DNA of 39,730 bases, taken from NCBI GenBank assembly GCA_964422575.1, contig CAYRBW010000001.1, positions 1 to 39,730 of the forward strand, given 5' to 3'. Position numbers and translations under genes: made by a program. This document shows, in pieces, positions 16,684 to 25,424 of this stretch (its first letter is position 1; each line of letters starts with the position of its first letter). The notes below the pieces were generated by a model. The model worked only from the letters and a program-made list of their open reading frames with translations, did not search any database and was not told the origin of the DNA. The DNA comes from an uncultured Limnohabitans sp. Lineage in GTDB: Bacteria > Pseudomonadota > Gammaproteobacteria > Burkholderiales > Burkholderiaceae_C.

Positions 16684-17169
16684 ATGGAACAGACCTTGAA
16701 ACGTGTTTTAGATCCCTGTTCGGGCAGTCGAATGATGTGGTTTGACAAACAACATCCTGACGCAATATTTGGCGACAAGCGCAACGAGCGACACACCCTT
16801 TGCGATGGCAGAACTTTGCGTATTGAGCCGGACATGATCATGGATTTCACGGCATTGCCATTCCCTGACGGGGCATTTAATTTGGTTGCCTTTGACCCGC
16901 CACACCTCAAACATGCCGGGGAAAGGTCGTGGCTAAGGGCCAAATATGGAGTGCTTGGGCCTGATTGGCAAGAGGACTTGAGTAAGGGCTTCTCAGAGTG
17001 CTTTCGAGTACTGGCCAGCAACGGAGTTTTAGTTTTCAAGTGGGCTGAGGATCAAGTGAAGATTAAAGATGTCCTTGCGTTAACGCCAATCAAGCCACTT
17101 TTTGGACACCCCACCGGGCGAAAGGGTTTGACCCACTGGTACGTGTTTATGAAACCGGTAGTCCTTTGA
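16684..17169 (+). CDS. Phage-type class I SAM-dependent (probable DNA adenine) methyltransferase
   Basis: LDPCSGSRMMWFDK motif I, FDPPH motif IV, ECFRVL..NGVLVFKW. Confidence 0.85.
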   Translation: MEQTLKRVLDPCSGSRMMWFDKQHPDAIFGDKRNERHTLCDGRTLRIEPDMIMDFTALPFPDGAFNLVAFDPPHLKHAGERSWLRAKYGVLGPDWQEDLSKGFSECFRVLASNGVLVFKWAEDQVKIKDVLALTPIKPLFGHPTGRKGLTHWYVFMKPVVL

Positions 17170-17268
17170 TCATCAGCATGCACGCTCAAGTCATTGACTT
17201 CATTGAGTATTTTCATGAATCGCAACGCTCGTACTTTTGCAAGGCCCGATTTAGGGCATTTTTTCGTC

Positions 17269-17296
17269 TAGGAAGATAATGGAAGTTATCTTCCTA
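17269..17296. other. Tyrosine-recombinase core site (11-6-11 palindrome)
   Basis: TAGGAAGATAA-TGGAAG-TTATCTTCCTA, perfect arms, overlapping the recombinase start. Confidence 0.75.
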
Positions 17297-19171
17297 TCCG
17301 ATTTCAACTTGAAATCCGTCAAGCGTGGGCGTCCTGCGGGAAAAACCTACGTGGCCAGCCCAAAGGCGCTGTGTCTGCATGATCTGGCGTTCATGCGTGC
17401 GGTACTGCAGGGGCTCGATCTACAGGCCGCTGGGCAGAGGTTTCTTCCAGAGATCCATGCGGATTTGCGCGTTATCCGCACTCACATGGCGGCTGTCTGT
17501 GGCCAAGCTCAGTCAGTGTTGCGTGGGCTTGGGCACCAGTCGGTCGCGGTAAATCTCAGGATGTGCCTGGAACACGCTGTTGAGGCTGCGACCCAGACGG
17601 CACCGTATTCCTCCAATTTTCCGAGCCTGGCTGAGTTTGCTGAGGAACTGGATGATCCTGATGCATGGAGCGAGTCCGAGTTGCTGCAGATGTACCAGGA
17701 GCGCTACCCTCAAGCGATAACCGTTTCCCCATGTCATGCTCACAAACCTGATTCAAGTTTGATTGAGTCCGCCTTGCTGGCCCTCAAGCTGATTCAGGCG
17801 CAAGGTGTAAAACTGCCCGACTTGAAAGACGAGCTTCAAATCTGGCTGAGCCCAGCGTTGTGCGCCCGTCTGAATTTTGCTGGCATCCACCACATTGCCG
17901 AGTTGACTCGGTACATCAATGCGCGGGGTCGACATTGGTATCGGGCTGTTCCCGGAGTCGGGCGCGATCGCGCCACTCGCCTGTTGCAATGGTTGCAGGA
18001 GCACTCCAATTTCTTGGAGCCGGTTTTGATCAGCGCACAACCTGTGAAGCTGACGCAGTCCGTTGCCCTGAAGGAAATCACTGTTGGCATGCTTCGCACT
18101 GAGGGCAGTAACGCACTGGGTGCTCAATCCGATCAGCAGGCGCTTCAATCCTGGATCGCCACCCTTGATTTCCTCTCGCCACACACGCGCAAGGCGTATT
18201 CAAGAGATGTTCTGAGGTTCTTGCTTTGGGCTCAAGAGGAGCTGCGCAAGGGCCTGGCCGATATCACCGTTTTGGATGCCACGGCGCATGCACGATTTCT
18301 TCAAAATCCACCCGAGCACTGGTGCAGCGGTTCTCATGCACGAAACCCATCGAAACAATTAACGATGAGAGGTGCGTTGTCTCCTCCAAGTTGCGCAAGA
18401 GCGCTGGCATCGATCGGGCATTTTTATGGGTTTCTCGTGGAGACCCAGTACCTCAAAGCCAATCCCTTCACCCGGGTGCGAAAACCCGAGGACCGAGGCA
18501 TTCAAATGGATGTGCAGCGGTGCTTTTCAAACACCCATCTGCAGCTCATGCAGCAGACCCTTGAGAACATGTCCGATTCGCCCCGAAAAAGACGGCTCAA
18601 GGCCATCCTTGCACTCTTGGAGTGCACTGGTCTGCGGATCGGTGAAATACCGACAACCTGGTCCTCTGTTGTGGAGCAGTTTGATGCTGAGCTGGGCGCG
18701 ATCACTTGCCTGAAAGTCATCGGCAAAGGTGGACGCGAGCGGCTGATGCCACTCAAAAGAGAAGTGTTGCAGGCCCTTGAAGACCATGGCCACGATCAGC
18801 TCGAACAGGATCTGCCAGCCGATGAGCGTCCGTTGATCGGTTGCATAGAGTGCGCACGCGGTTTGGCCCCCAAGGGCAATGGTGCATTGAGCACGGCACG
18901 CTTGCGGACGGTGCTCGTCGCGTTTTTTCGTGAAGTGGCTGAGCAATGTGATGCGCCCGAGGTTGCGGTCGAATTTCAACGTGCAACACCACACTTTATG
19001 CGCCACACCTTCGCTCACCGTGTTCTGCAGGTCACCCATCAAGATCTTGCGGTCACTCAACAGCTGCTGGGTCACAAATCCATTGCCACGACCGGCATTT
19101 ATGTGAAAGCGAATCTTTCACAACGACTTCAAGCCATCAACTCGTTGTCAATCCAGTCCACCGGGAATTAA
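17279..19171 (+). CDS. Tyrosine recombinase with DUF3701-like N-terminus (TnpS-like resolvase type); true start may be downstream
   Basis: TGLR, GKG, HFMRHT, LLGH and TTGIY catalytic motifs; WYRAVPGVG...A.RL..WL. Confidence 0.9.
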   Translation: MEVIFLSDFNLKSVKRGRPAGKTYVASPKALCLHDLAFMRAVLQGLDLQAAGQRFLPEIHADLRVIRTHMAAVCGQAQSVLRGLGHQSVAVNLRMCLEHAVEAATQTAPYSSNFPSLAEFAEELDDPDAWSESELLQMYQERYPQAITVSPCHAHKPDSSLIESALLALKLIQAQGVKLPDLKDELQIWLSPALCARLNFAGIHHIAELTRYINARGRHWYRAVPGVGRDRATRLLQWLQEHSNFLEPVLISAQPVKLTQSVALKEITVGMLRTEGSNALGAQSDQQALQSWIATLDFLSPHTRKAYSRDVLRFLLWAQEELRKGLADITVLDATAHARFLQNPPEHWCSGSHARNPSKQLTMRGALSPPSCARALASIGHFYGFLVETQYLKANPFTRVRKPEDRGIQMDVQRCFSNTHLQLMQQTLENMSDSPRKRRLKAILALLECTGLRIGEIPTTWSSVVEQFDAELGAITCLKVIGKGGRERLMPLKREVLQALEDHGHDQLEQDLPADERPLIGCIECARGLAPKGNGALSTARLRTVLVAFFREVAEQCDAPEVAVEFQRATPHFMRHTFAHRVLQVTHQDLAVTQQLLGHKSIATTGIYVKANLSQRLQAINSLSIQSTGN

Positions 19172-19176
19172 ACATC

Positions 19177-19719
19177 ATGACTGAAATGCAAAACAAATGG
19201 CCCTCAGGGGATTACAGCAATTGCCAATGCCCGTACTGCGGACATCGTGATGATGTGGACATCAGCGTAGTGCGTGAAAATCATCTCGATTGGCGTCCTT
19301 CGGATTGTTCTGAATGTTTTGGCGAGTATTGGCTGTTTGCAGAAAATGGTGCCGTCACGGTAAAGAAGTCAGACACGAATGCCAACACCTTTCGCATCCA
19401 TCATCATTATGACTGGGGTGATCAGAGCGTGACGATTGAAGCGCCGTCTGGGCTTGATACCAAGCGCGTAGCTGTTTACATCCAATTTCAAGCTGAAGAC
19501 CTGTTCGGGGATCAAGCCCTTGTCACCAATCTGGGCATAGCCGCAGCGCTGGTGTCCTTTTATGGATGCAAGCATACGTCGCACAGTCGGTATGGCGAGG
19601 ATCTTGACATGTACTTGGAACGCGAAAAGCGTTGCCCGAAGTACAAGGAGTTGATGGCGGATGCCTCGTTAATGCGTGATGGGCTCGAAGAATTTCTGAA
19701 AGAACACGTAGATGTGTGA
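19177..19719 (+). CDS. Hypothetical protein with N-terminal Zn ribbon
   Basis: CPYCG...CSEC; 180-aa ORF in operon orientation. Confidence 0.65.
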   Translation: MTEMQNKWPSGDYSNCQCPYCGHRDDVDISVVRENHLDWRPSDCSECFGEYWLFAENGAVTVKKSDTNANTFRIHHHYDWGDQSVTIEAPSGLDTKRVAVYIQFQAEDLFGDQALVTNLGIAAALVSFYGCKHTSHSRYGEDLDMYLEREKRCPKYKELMADASLMRDGLEEFLKEHVDV

Positions 19720-19767
19720 AGTCTCACCACAAGCGTCAGATTTCTTGTCCTGTTCAGAAGGTCGGTC

Positions 19768-22050
19768 ATGAAACTTTTTATCTGCGAAAAGCCCTCTCAG
19801 GCCGCTGACATTGCAAAGCACGTTGGTGCACGCCAGTCAGGCAACGGGTGCCGCACTGGCGATGGTGTCACTGTGACCTGGTGCATCGGGCATTTACTCG
19901 AACAGTCCCCCCCAGAACACTACAACCCAGAGTTGAAGACTTGGTCCATCGATCATCTACCCGTGTTACCAGAGACCTGGCACATGGATGTGAAGTCAGC
20001 GACAAAATCACAGTTCACGGTCGTCAGCAGGTTGCTCAAAACCGCAACCGAGGTGGTGATCGCAACCGATGCTGATCGTGAAGGCGAAGTCATTGCCCGA
20101 GAGGTGATGCAGCTGTGTGGCTACCGTGGTCCTGTCAAGCGTTTGTGGCTTGGGGCGCTCGATGACGCCTCGATTCGCAAAGCCTTGGCCAAGATGCTGC
20201 CCGGTGAGAAAACGCGTCCTTTGTACGACTCAGGCTTGGGGCGTGCCCGTGCCGACTGGCTGGCCGGCATGAATCTCACCATGGCATTGACCAAAGCTTT
20301 TGGTGGTGGTGGAAAAGGTGGCGTCGTGCATTGCGGCCGTGTGCAGACGCCCGTACTTGGCCTAGTGGTTAGGCGCGAGAGGGCTATTCGTGGTTTTGTG
20401 CCCAAGCCCTATTTTGTGCTTAAGACCGTGTGGGAGATTTCTGGCTCGCCGGTGCCGATGAGTTGGCAAACGCACGTCGACAAGCTCGATAAGGATGGTC
20501 ACTGTGTTGATGAGACATACATTCGGTCAGTGGCTCAAAAAATCAACGGCAAAGTTGGTCGATTGATCAACGTTGAACGCGATGACAAGCATGAGCTGGC
20601 CCCTTTGCTTTACTCACTGGGTTCATTGCAAAAAGAAGCATCTGCACGCTATGGCATGGGCGCTAAAGCTGTATTGGATCTGGCTCAGGCTTTGTATGAA
20701 AAACACAAGGCCACCACGTACCCTCGAACCGACTGTGAATACCTGCCTATGAGCATGTTGGCTGAGGCTTCGCATGTGTGCGATGCGATCAAGAAAGCCG
20801 ATCCTCAAATGAGTGGCTTGCTGGCCAAGACTGATTTGACCGAGGGCTCCAGGGTTTTTAATGACAAGAAAATCACTGCCCACCATGCCATTATTCCAAC
20901 GATGAACACTGCCGTTCGTATGGCTGATATGAGTGCCAATGAGCGTTTGATCTATGACCTCATCCGCCGTCGTTACATTGCGCAGTTCTTGGGGGCTTAC
21001 AAATACCAGGAAACTCGCATACAGGGTAGTTGTGAGTCTGAATTGTTCGGCGCTACTGGGCGTGTGCCTCTTGTTCAAGGCTGGAAGCTGGCTTACCTGG
21101 ATCTTCAAGAGGCAGCAGCCAAAACAAAGAGCAAGGCTAAAGCGACGGATGATGGAGAGGATGCACAGAAGGATCTGGCTTTGCCGTCCGTGCAAGTCGG
21201 TCTGCAGATGATCAACCGCAAAGCTGAGGTGAGCAAGACGCAGACTCAACCGCCGAAGCGCTACACCGAAGGCACGTTGATTGCAGCGATGGAGTCGATT
21301 GACAAGGAAATTGATGATCCTCGGCTCAAGAAGGTCATGCAGAACAAAGAAAAGGCAGGCATTGGTACTGATGCAACGCGTGGCGCGACTTTAGATGGCT
21401 TATTCAAGCGCGGGTATTTCGACAGGACGGGAAAATTTATCGTGCCCACGGATCGCGGTGAGCAGCTCATCGAGGTTGTTGAGCAGGCGGTACCGCACAT
21501 GGCCGATCCCGTGCTCACAGCTTTGTGGGAAGACCATTTGTCGAAAGTCGAAGATGGCTCCTTGCCGCTGGCCACATTTGAATCTCAATTGGGCACCTGG
21601 CTCAAGGGGCAAATCGAAAAAATCAAGCAGATGGGGGCCAGTAACCATAGGCCTTCAGCGCTTCAAGGAGAACGGTCGAGTGCTGGGGGTAAGAGCGCCA
21701 CGCAAAAGCCCATGGAGGCATTAAGGGCGGCACATCCATGCCCAGCCTGCGGTAAGGCAATGCGACAACGCCAAGGCGCTTCTGGGGCCTTTTGGGGGTG
21801 TTCAGGGTACCCTGAGTGCAAAATCACTTTGCCTGACGATGGCGGGAAGCCTGGTGCCAAAACCACACCCGCAGCTCGGCGCGATGGCCAGGCTTCGACT
21901 CCCTCTGTTGCGAACCAGAACCGATCGGTTGGCACGCCAGAGTGCAGCACATGCGGGAAGGTAACGCTTTTGAGGCAAAGCGCACGAGGCCCGTTTTATG
22001 GCTGCAGTGGCTATCCTGCATGCAAAAACATCATGCCCATCAAGTCATGA
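19768..22050 (+). CDS. topB: DNA topoisomerase III
   Basis: CEKPS, DADREGE, GRVQTP, TYPRTD; two C-terminal Zn ribbons. Confidence 0.95.
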   Translation: MKLFICEKPSQAADIAKHVGARQSGNGCRTGDGVTVTWCIGHLLEQSPPEHYNPELKTWSIDHLPVLPETWHMDVKSATKSQFTVVSRLLKTATEVVIATDADREGEVIAREVMQLCGYRGPVKRLWLGALDDASIRKALAKMLPGEKTRPLYDSGLGRARADWLAGMNLTMALTKAFGGGGKGGVVHCGRVQTPVLGLVVRRERAIRGFVPKPYFVLKTVWEISGSPVPMSWQTHVDKLDKDGHCVDETYIRSVAQKINGKVGRLINVERDDKHELAPLLYSLGSLQKEASARYGMGAKAVLDLAQALYEKHKATTYPRTDCEYLPMSMLAEASHVCDAIKKADPQMSGLLAKTDLTEGSRVFNDKKITAHHAIIPTMNTAVRMADMSANERLIYDLIRRRYIAQFLGAYKYQETRIQGSCESELFGATGRVPLVQGWKLAYLDLQEAAAKTKSKAKATDDGEDAQKDLALPSVQVGLQMINRKAEVSKTQTQPPKRYTEGTLIAAMESIDKEIDDPRLKKVMQNKEKAGIGTDATRGATLDGLFKRGYFDRTGKFIVPTDRGEQLIEVVEQAVPHMADPVLTALWEDHLSKVEDGSLPLATFESQLGTWLKGQIEKIKQMGASNHRPSALQGERSSAGGKSATQKPMEALRAAHPCPACGKAMRQRQGASGAFWGCSGYPECKITLPDDGGKPGAKTTPAARRDGQASTPSVANQNRSVGTPECSTCGKVTLLRQSARGPFYGCSGYPACKNIMPIKS

Positions 22051-22565
22051 ACCTTGGTGGTCTTTTGTTCAGCAGCTTGCTGGTATTTTGCGGCAGCTCG
22101 ATGGCGGGGTCTTTCAAATGCTTGGTGATGGGAGACTCTATTGCCCAGGGCACTGGCGCTTATGCGCCTCACTGCACGGTGGTAGCTGCAAAAGGCATCA
22201 CCACGCATGATTGGGTGCGGAAATTTGGTGGCCAGGTCGAACGCAGTGGCGCATTTGATGTGGTGTTGATCAGCTTGGGCTCAAATGACGGCGGAGCTGC
22301 ATCTGTGAAAATCTTGTCCAACGCTCGCATGAAAGTGGCGCTTGCTCGGCGTGTAATTTGGATTGCACCCAGTCCAAAATACGCTGCACGCAGCTATGTC
22401 ATTGATGTAGCCAAGACTTTTGGCGATGTGGTTTATGAGCGACCGCTTGAACAACTGCAGCCCGATGGAGTGCACTTCAATGGTGTTGGTTACCAGCGTA
22501 TCGCCAGTGTGGTGACCTCGTTTTATTGGGGCATACCAGCATCGACTGCAGCCAACGGTATGTAG
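22047..22565 (+). CDS. Secreted SGNH/GDSL hydrolase
   Basis: Signal peptide; GDS, GSND and DGVH blocks; ATGA overlap with the topB stop. Confidence 0.85.
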   Translation: MNLGGLLFSSLLVFCGSSMAGSFKCLVMGDSIAQGTGAYAPHCTVVAAKGITTHDWVRKFGGQVERSGAFDVVLISLGSNDGGAASVKILSNARMKVALARRVIWIAPSPKYAARSYVIDVAKTFGDVVYERPLEQLQPDGVHFNGVGYQRIASVVTSFYWGIPASTAANGM

Positions 22566-23029
22566 ACCTTGACCTCGTAATCGCCTGGAGCGGGCGTGGT
22601 CCTACCCCGAGTTGGTTGCGTGGCAAGGATCTCTCTGAGTACGCCGTCTCTTAAGCGAAGGGAAACATGACATTCGATGCTGGTGCCGCGAAGCATGCGG
22701 GTATCTTTGGTGTAGGCAACCACACACGTGCTGATTGACTACTTATCTGCTGGCTTTGAATGTGCTGCTTGCAGCGCGGCAAAGTCCTGCATTGTTTGAA
22801 CACCGTGGATAACAACGCCCGGACGCACACCTTTCTCCACAATTTGACTTGTGGGATGTCCCAAGCGTAGGGCAGCCACTGCTCTTGCGGCCATCTGGCC
22901 AGTTGGCACGAATACAGGCAAATCCTCGCCTAAATCCGACCCTTTGACTGTGATGGACGTCAATTCACCTTCCATGACGGCGAGCGTGGTGTACTTGCCG
23001 TTCATCTCGTTTTCAACATGCATGTCCAT
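22523..23029 (-). pseudogene. Hypothetical 168-codon gene interrupted by one in-frame TAG (or a 96-aa gene at 22739-23029)
   Basis: ORFs 22739-23029 and 22523-22723 share a frame and are separated only by TAG at 22739-22741. Confidence 0.4.
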
Positions 23030-23056
23030 TATTCCAAAAAGTGGATTTCATTGTGG

Positions 23057-24100
23057 CTAAATGTCGCATCCCGGATACCCCTTTAAAAGTTCATCAAATT
23101 CTTTAAAAATATAGGCATTGGTCGAGTAGGATTGAATTTTCCCCCATTCTTCTTTATCCTTCTCACATTCATATTTTTCGGTCGAGATGTATTGGTCTGG
23201 ATACCATGTTGAAGACCGGAACTTTTTGAAAAGCACTGCTGGTGTAAATCTTCCATCTAAGAATGTGTTGAAGTCTTCTTCGTCTAATGACTTTCCGCAA
23301 AGTGTGAACTTGACTCCTTTCTTCAAGGATAAGCGGAATGCAAAATAGAAAATCATTCTGATGTGGTGTCTTGAACGCTCGTAGCTCCATCGACCACTTT
23401 CCCAAACTTCGAATGTTGTGTATGTCTCTGCTGTACCAACACCATGATCCACACACAGCATAGGGAAAAACTCTGTGGCACTCATCATTGGCTCTTCGTC
23501 AATTTTGGATTGCTCATCATCAAAACTAACACCCTGTTTACGGATGATGTAAAGTTGAATACCCTTACTCGTTTTAGCTACTTCGCAGAGGTGACGCGCC
23601 GCTTCTACCTGGTTTTTGTACCAGGCATGAGCCTTGATCTCTAAAAGTCGATCGGAAGTACCACTAAGCCAGTTGTAAGATACGTGAAAATGTCCTGCAA
23701 CCCAGGCAAGTGTTTGGGTGTTCAGCTTGTTAATGAGAACACTGGGGGTGCTCATGTCGTTCGCTGTTATGTTGTGCTTGCTTAGCACTTCAGAGGCTTC
23801 AGGCAACGACAATCCATGATCTTTCAATACGGTGTAAAAACGCGAAGTGACAAGCTCCTGCGAATAAACAGCACTTTCCATTTGGGCGGCTGCAACGGCG
23901 TCTAACAAATTCCCAGAAAATGCTGCAAGTGATCCACCAAAGGCTTCAGACTGTGCAGCCAAAAATGCGCGAGTTGTTGGTCGGACGACGATTGGAAATC
24001 TGCAAGGGTCATCGTTTGGGCCGAGTGCGGTCATGGCTGCTTTTGACGTGGCCTCAGACAATAACCATGTGATTAAAGTGCGGAATGATGGGATGATCAT
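23057..24100 (-). CDS. Hypothetical DNA-binding protein (RHH-like N-terminus plus XRE-like HTH)
   Basis: RFPIVVRP.TRAFL..Q....GGSL and LAWVAGHFHVSYNWLSG; AT-rich 347-aa ORF. Confidence 0.65.
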   Translation of the reverse strand: MIIPSFRTLITWLLSEATSKAAMTALGPNDDPCRFPIVVRPTTRAFLAAQSEAFGGSLAAFSGNLLDAVAAAQMESAVYSQELVTSRFYTVLKDHGLSLPEASEVLSKHNITANDMSTPSVLINKLNTQTLAWVAGHFHVSYNWLSGTSDRLLEIKAHAWYKNQVEAARHLCEVAKTSKGIQLYIIRKQGVSFDDEQSKIDEEPMMSATEFFPMLCVDHGVGTAETYTTFEVWESGRWSYERSRHHIRMIFYFAFRLSLKKGVKFTLCGKSLDEEDFNTFLDGRFTPAVLFKKFRSSTWYPDQYISTEKYECEKDKEEWGKIQSYSTNAYIFKEFDELLKGYPGCDI

Positions 24101-24233
24101 GGGCTTTCATTTGGAGTGATTCACCGTGAATCATACAACAAAAAGGATCAGCTAGACTCCAAACTTAAGACTAAGTCGATTGTGTGCTGTGGGTTTTTCC
24201 TTTGCGAGTTGTCCTTGCCGGTGCAGCCGTACA

Positions 24234-25031
24234 TTATTCGGCTTCAAACAGGGATTGGCACTCCATGCACTGAATCCTCAGTGCTGGCTTGCCCCAGATG
24301 TAGTTGTTGCAACTGCAGGCATAGCGAAGGCGATTGCTCTTGTTCACTGGCACTTCGCCAACCGTCACAGCCACAAGGTTAGCTTGAACGGCTTCGTGTT
24401 GACTGGCCAACGAGCCCCCCCCCTCTTGGGGCTGAGGCGCTGGAAGAGGGGCGGTGTTTGCAACCTTGGCCCCGGCAGTGACCAACTGCAATGCCGTGAT
24501 CGCCTCCACTGGTGGAAAACGGTCGTACCAAGAGATTTTGAATTGTTCCCCCAGCAGATCCTGGCAAGCCGTGTCAAATAGGCCTCCTGCAATCATGTAG
24601 TCGCCCATGTGATCGCCAGTACGCCGTCCACCAGGCGCACCTGTAGACGAGGGCATCAGTCCAATGGCTTGCATCTTGTCGGCCCACTCATCATTGTGAT
24701 AGCGGCCGCGTCCTGGCTTTCCGAAATGAAACTGCCACAGGTGGACCATCTCGTGCACGATGGTTTGCATGATTTCCTGTAGCGGCTCGACGGCAAAGTA
24801 GACCGGGTTTAGCGCGATTTCATCCACTCTTTGGCCTGCTTGATCACCGAAACGCTGCGCAGAAAAATACCCGCAGGTCTTCTTTTCGCGCTGCAAGGTG
24901 AGTAAGCACAGGGGCAGTTGGCCATCAAACAAACGCCCATTGAAATGATCAAAGGCATGCTGCAGCTCGGCATAAGCCTGTGCTGTGGGTTTGGTTGCAA
25001 GGGAATGATTCACGATAAAATTGTATTGCAC
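24234..25031 (-). CDS. SprT-like zinc metalloprotease (plasmid Mpr type)
   Basis: AYAELQ.AFDHFN..LF, EIALNP, VHEMVHLWQ (HExxH), YHN.EWA.KM..IGL.PS.TG.PGG. Confidence 0.9.
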   Translation of the reverse strand: MQYNFIVNHSLATKPTAQAYAELQHAFDHFNGRLFDGQLPLCLLTLQREKKTCGYFSAQRFGDQAGQRVDEIALNPVYFAVEPLQEIMQTIVHEMVHLWQFHFGKPGRGRYHNDEWADKMQAIGLMPSSTGAPGGRRTGDHMGDYMIAGGLFDTACQDLLGEQFKISWYDRFPPVEAITALQLVTAGAKVANTAPLPAPQPQEGGGSLASQHEAVQANLVAVTVGEVPVNKSNRLRYACSCNNYIWGKPALRIQCMECQSLFEAE

Positions 25032-25040
25032 AATACAATT
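25019..25040. promoter_or_regulatory. Palindromic operator at the start of the SprT-like gene
   Basis: AATTGTATTG-CA-CAATACAATT, perfect 10-bp arms. Confidence 0.6.
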
Positions 25041-25046
25041 TCAGTC

Positions 25047-25077
25047 AAAAAAGATCCCCCGGACAAAGCCGGGGGAT
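25047..25077 (-). terminator. Intrinsic terminator of the helicase operon
   Basis: ATCCCCCGG/CCGGGGGAT stem followed by a T-tract on the minus strand. Confidence 0.8.
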
Positions 25078-25145
25078 GGAATGCCTGTTGTACAGGCCAC
25101 CGTTCAGGGAGGAGAAACGGTGAAGGGCAATTCCCTCAAGGCGAA

Positions 25146-25424
25146 TTATGCAAGAACGGGCTTAGCTTCTAGTGGCCACAATGCATAGGAATTGTCAGCC
25201 GTGCCGTAGGTAACCCAGCCACCTCGAAATGCATAGACATCGCACTTTTCGCGCTTGCCGCGCTCAAGCACCGCGTCATATTGCACCTTGGTGATGGGCA
25301 CCACAGGCCTGCAAAGTAGGCGCATGGCATCACTAAAGTCATGCGGCAAAGCAAAGCCCGAAACGGGCTCCATCGCACGGAGTAAGCCGGCAACAGTCGT
25401 CGGTGCAGGCTTGAGTTCTCTCAT
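25146..25424 (-). CDS. Hypothetical protein
   Basis: ATGA overlap with the helicase stop; RBS GGAG. Confidence 0.65.
   Translation of the reverse strand: MRELKPAPTTVAGLLRAMEPVSGFALPHDFSDAMRLLCRPVVPITKVQYDAVLERGKREKCDVYAFRGGWVTYGTADNSYALWPLEAKPVLA

Noticed and set aside
17279-19171. The ICE's integration integrase
   Set aside because: It is internal, far from the junction, and has resolvase-type features with its own core site; the true integrase is expected at the other ICE end
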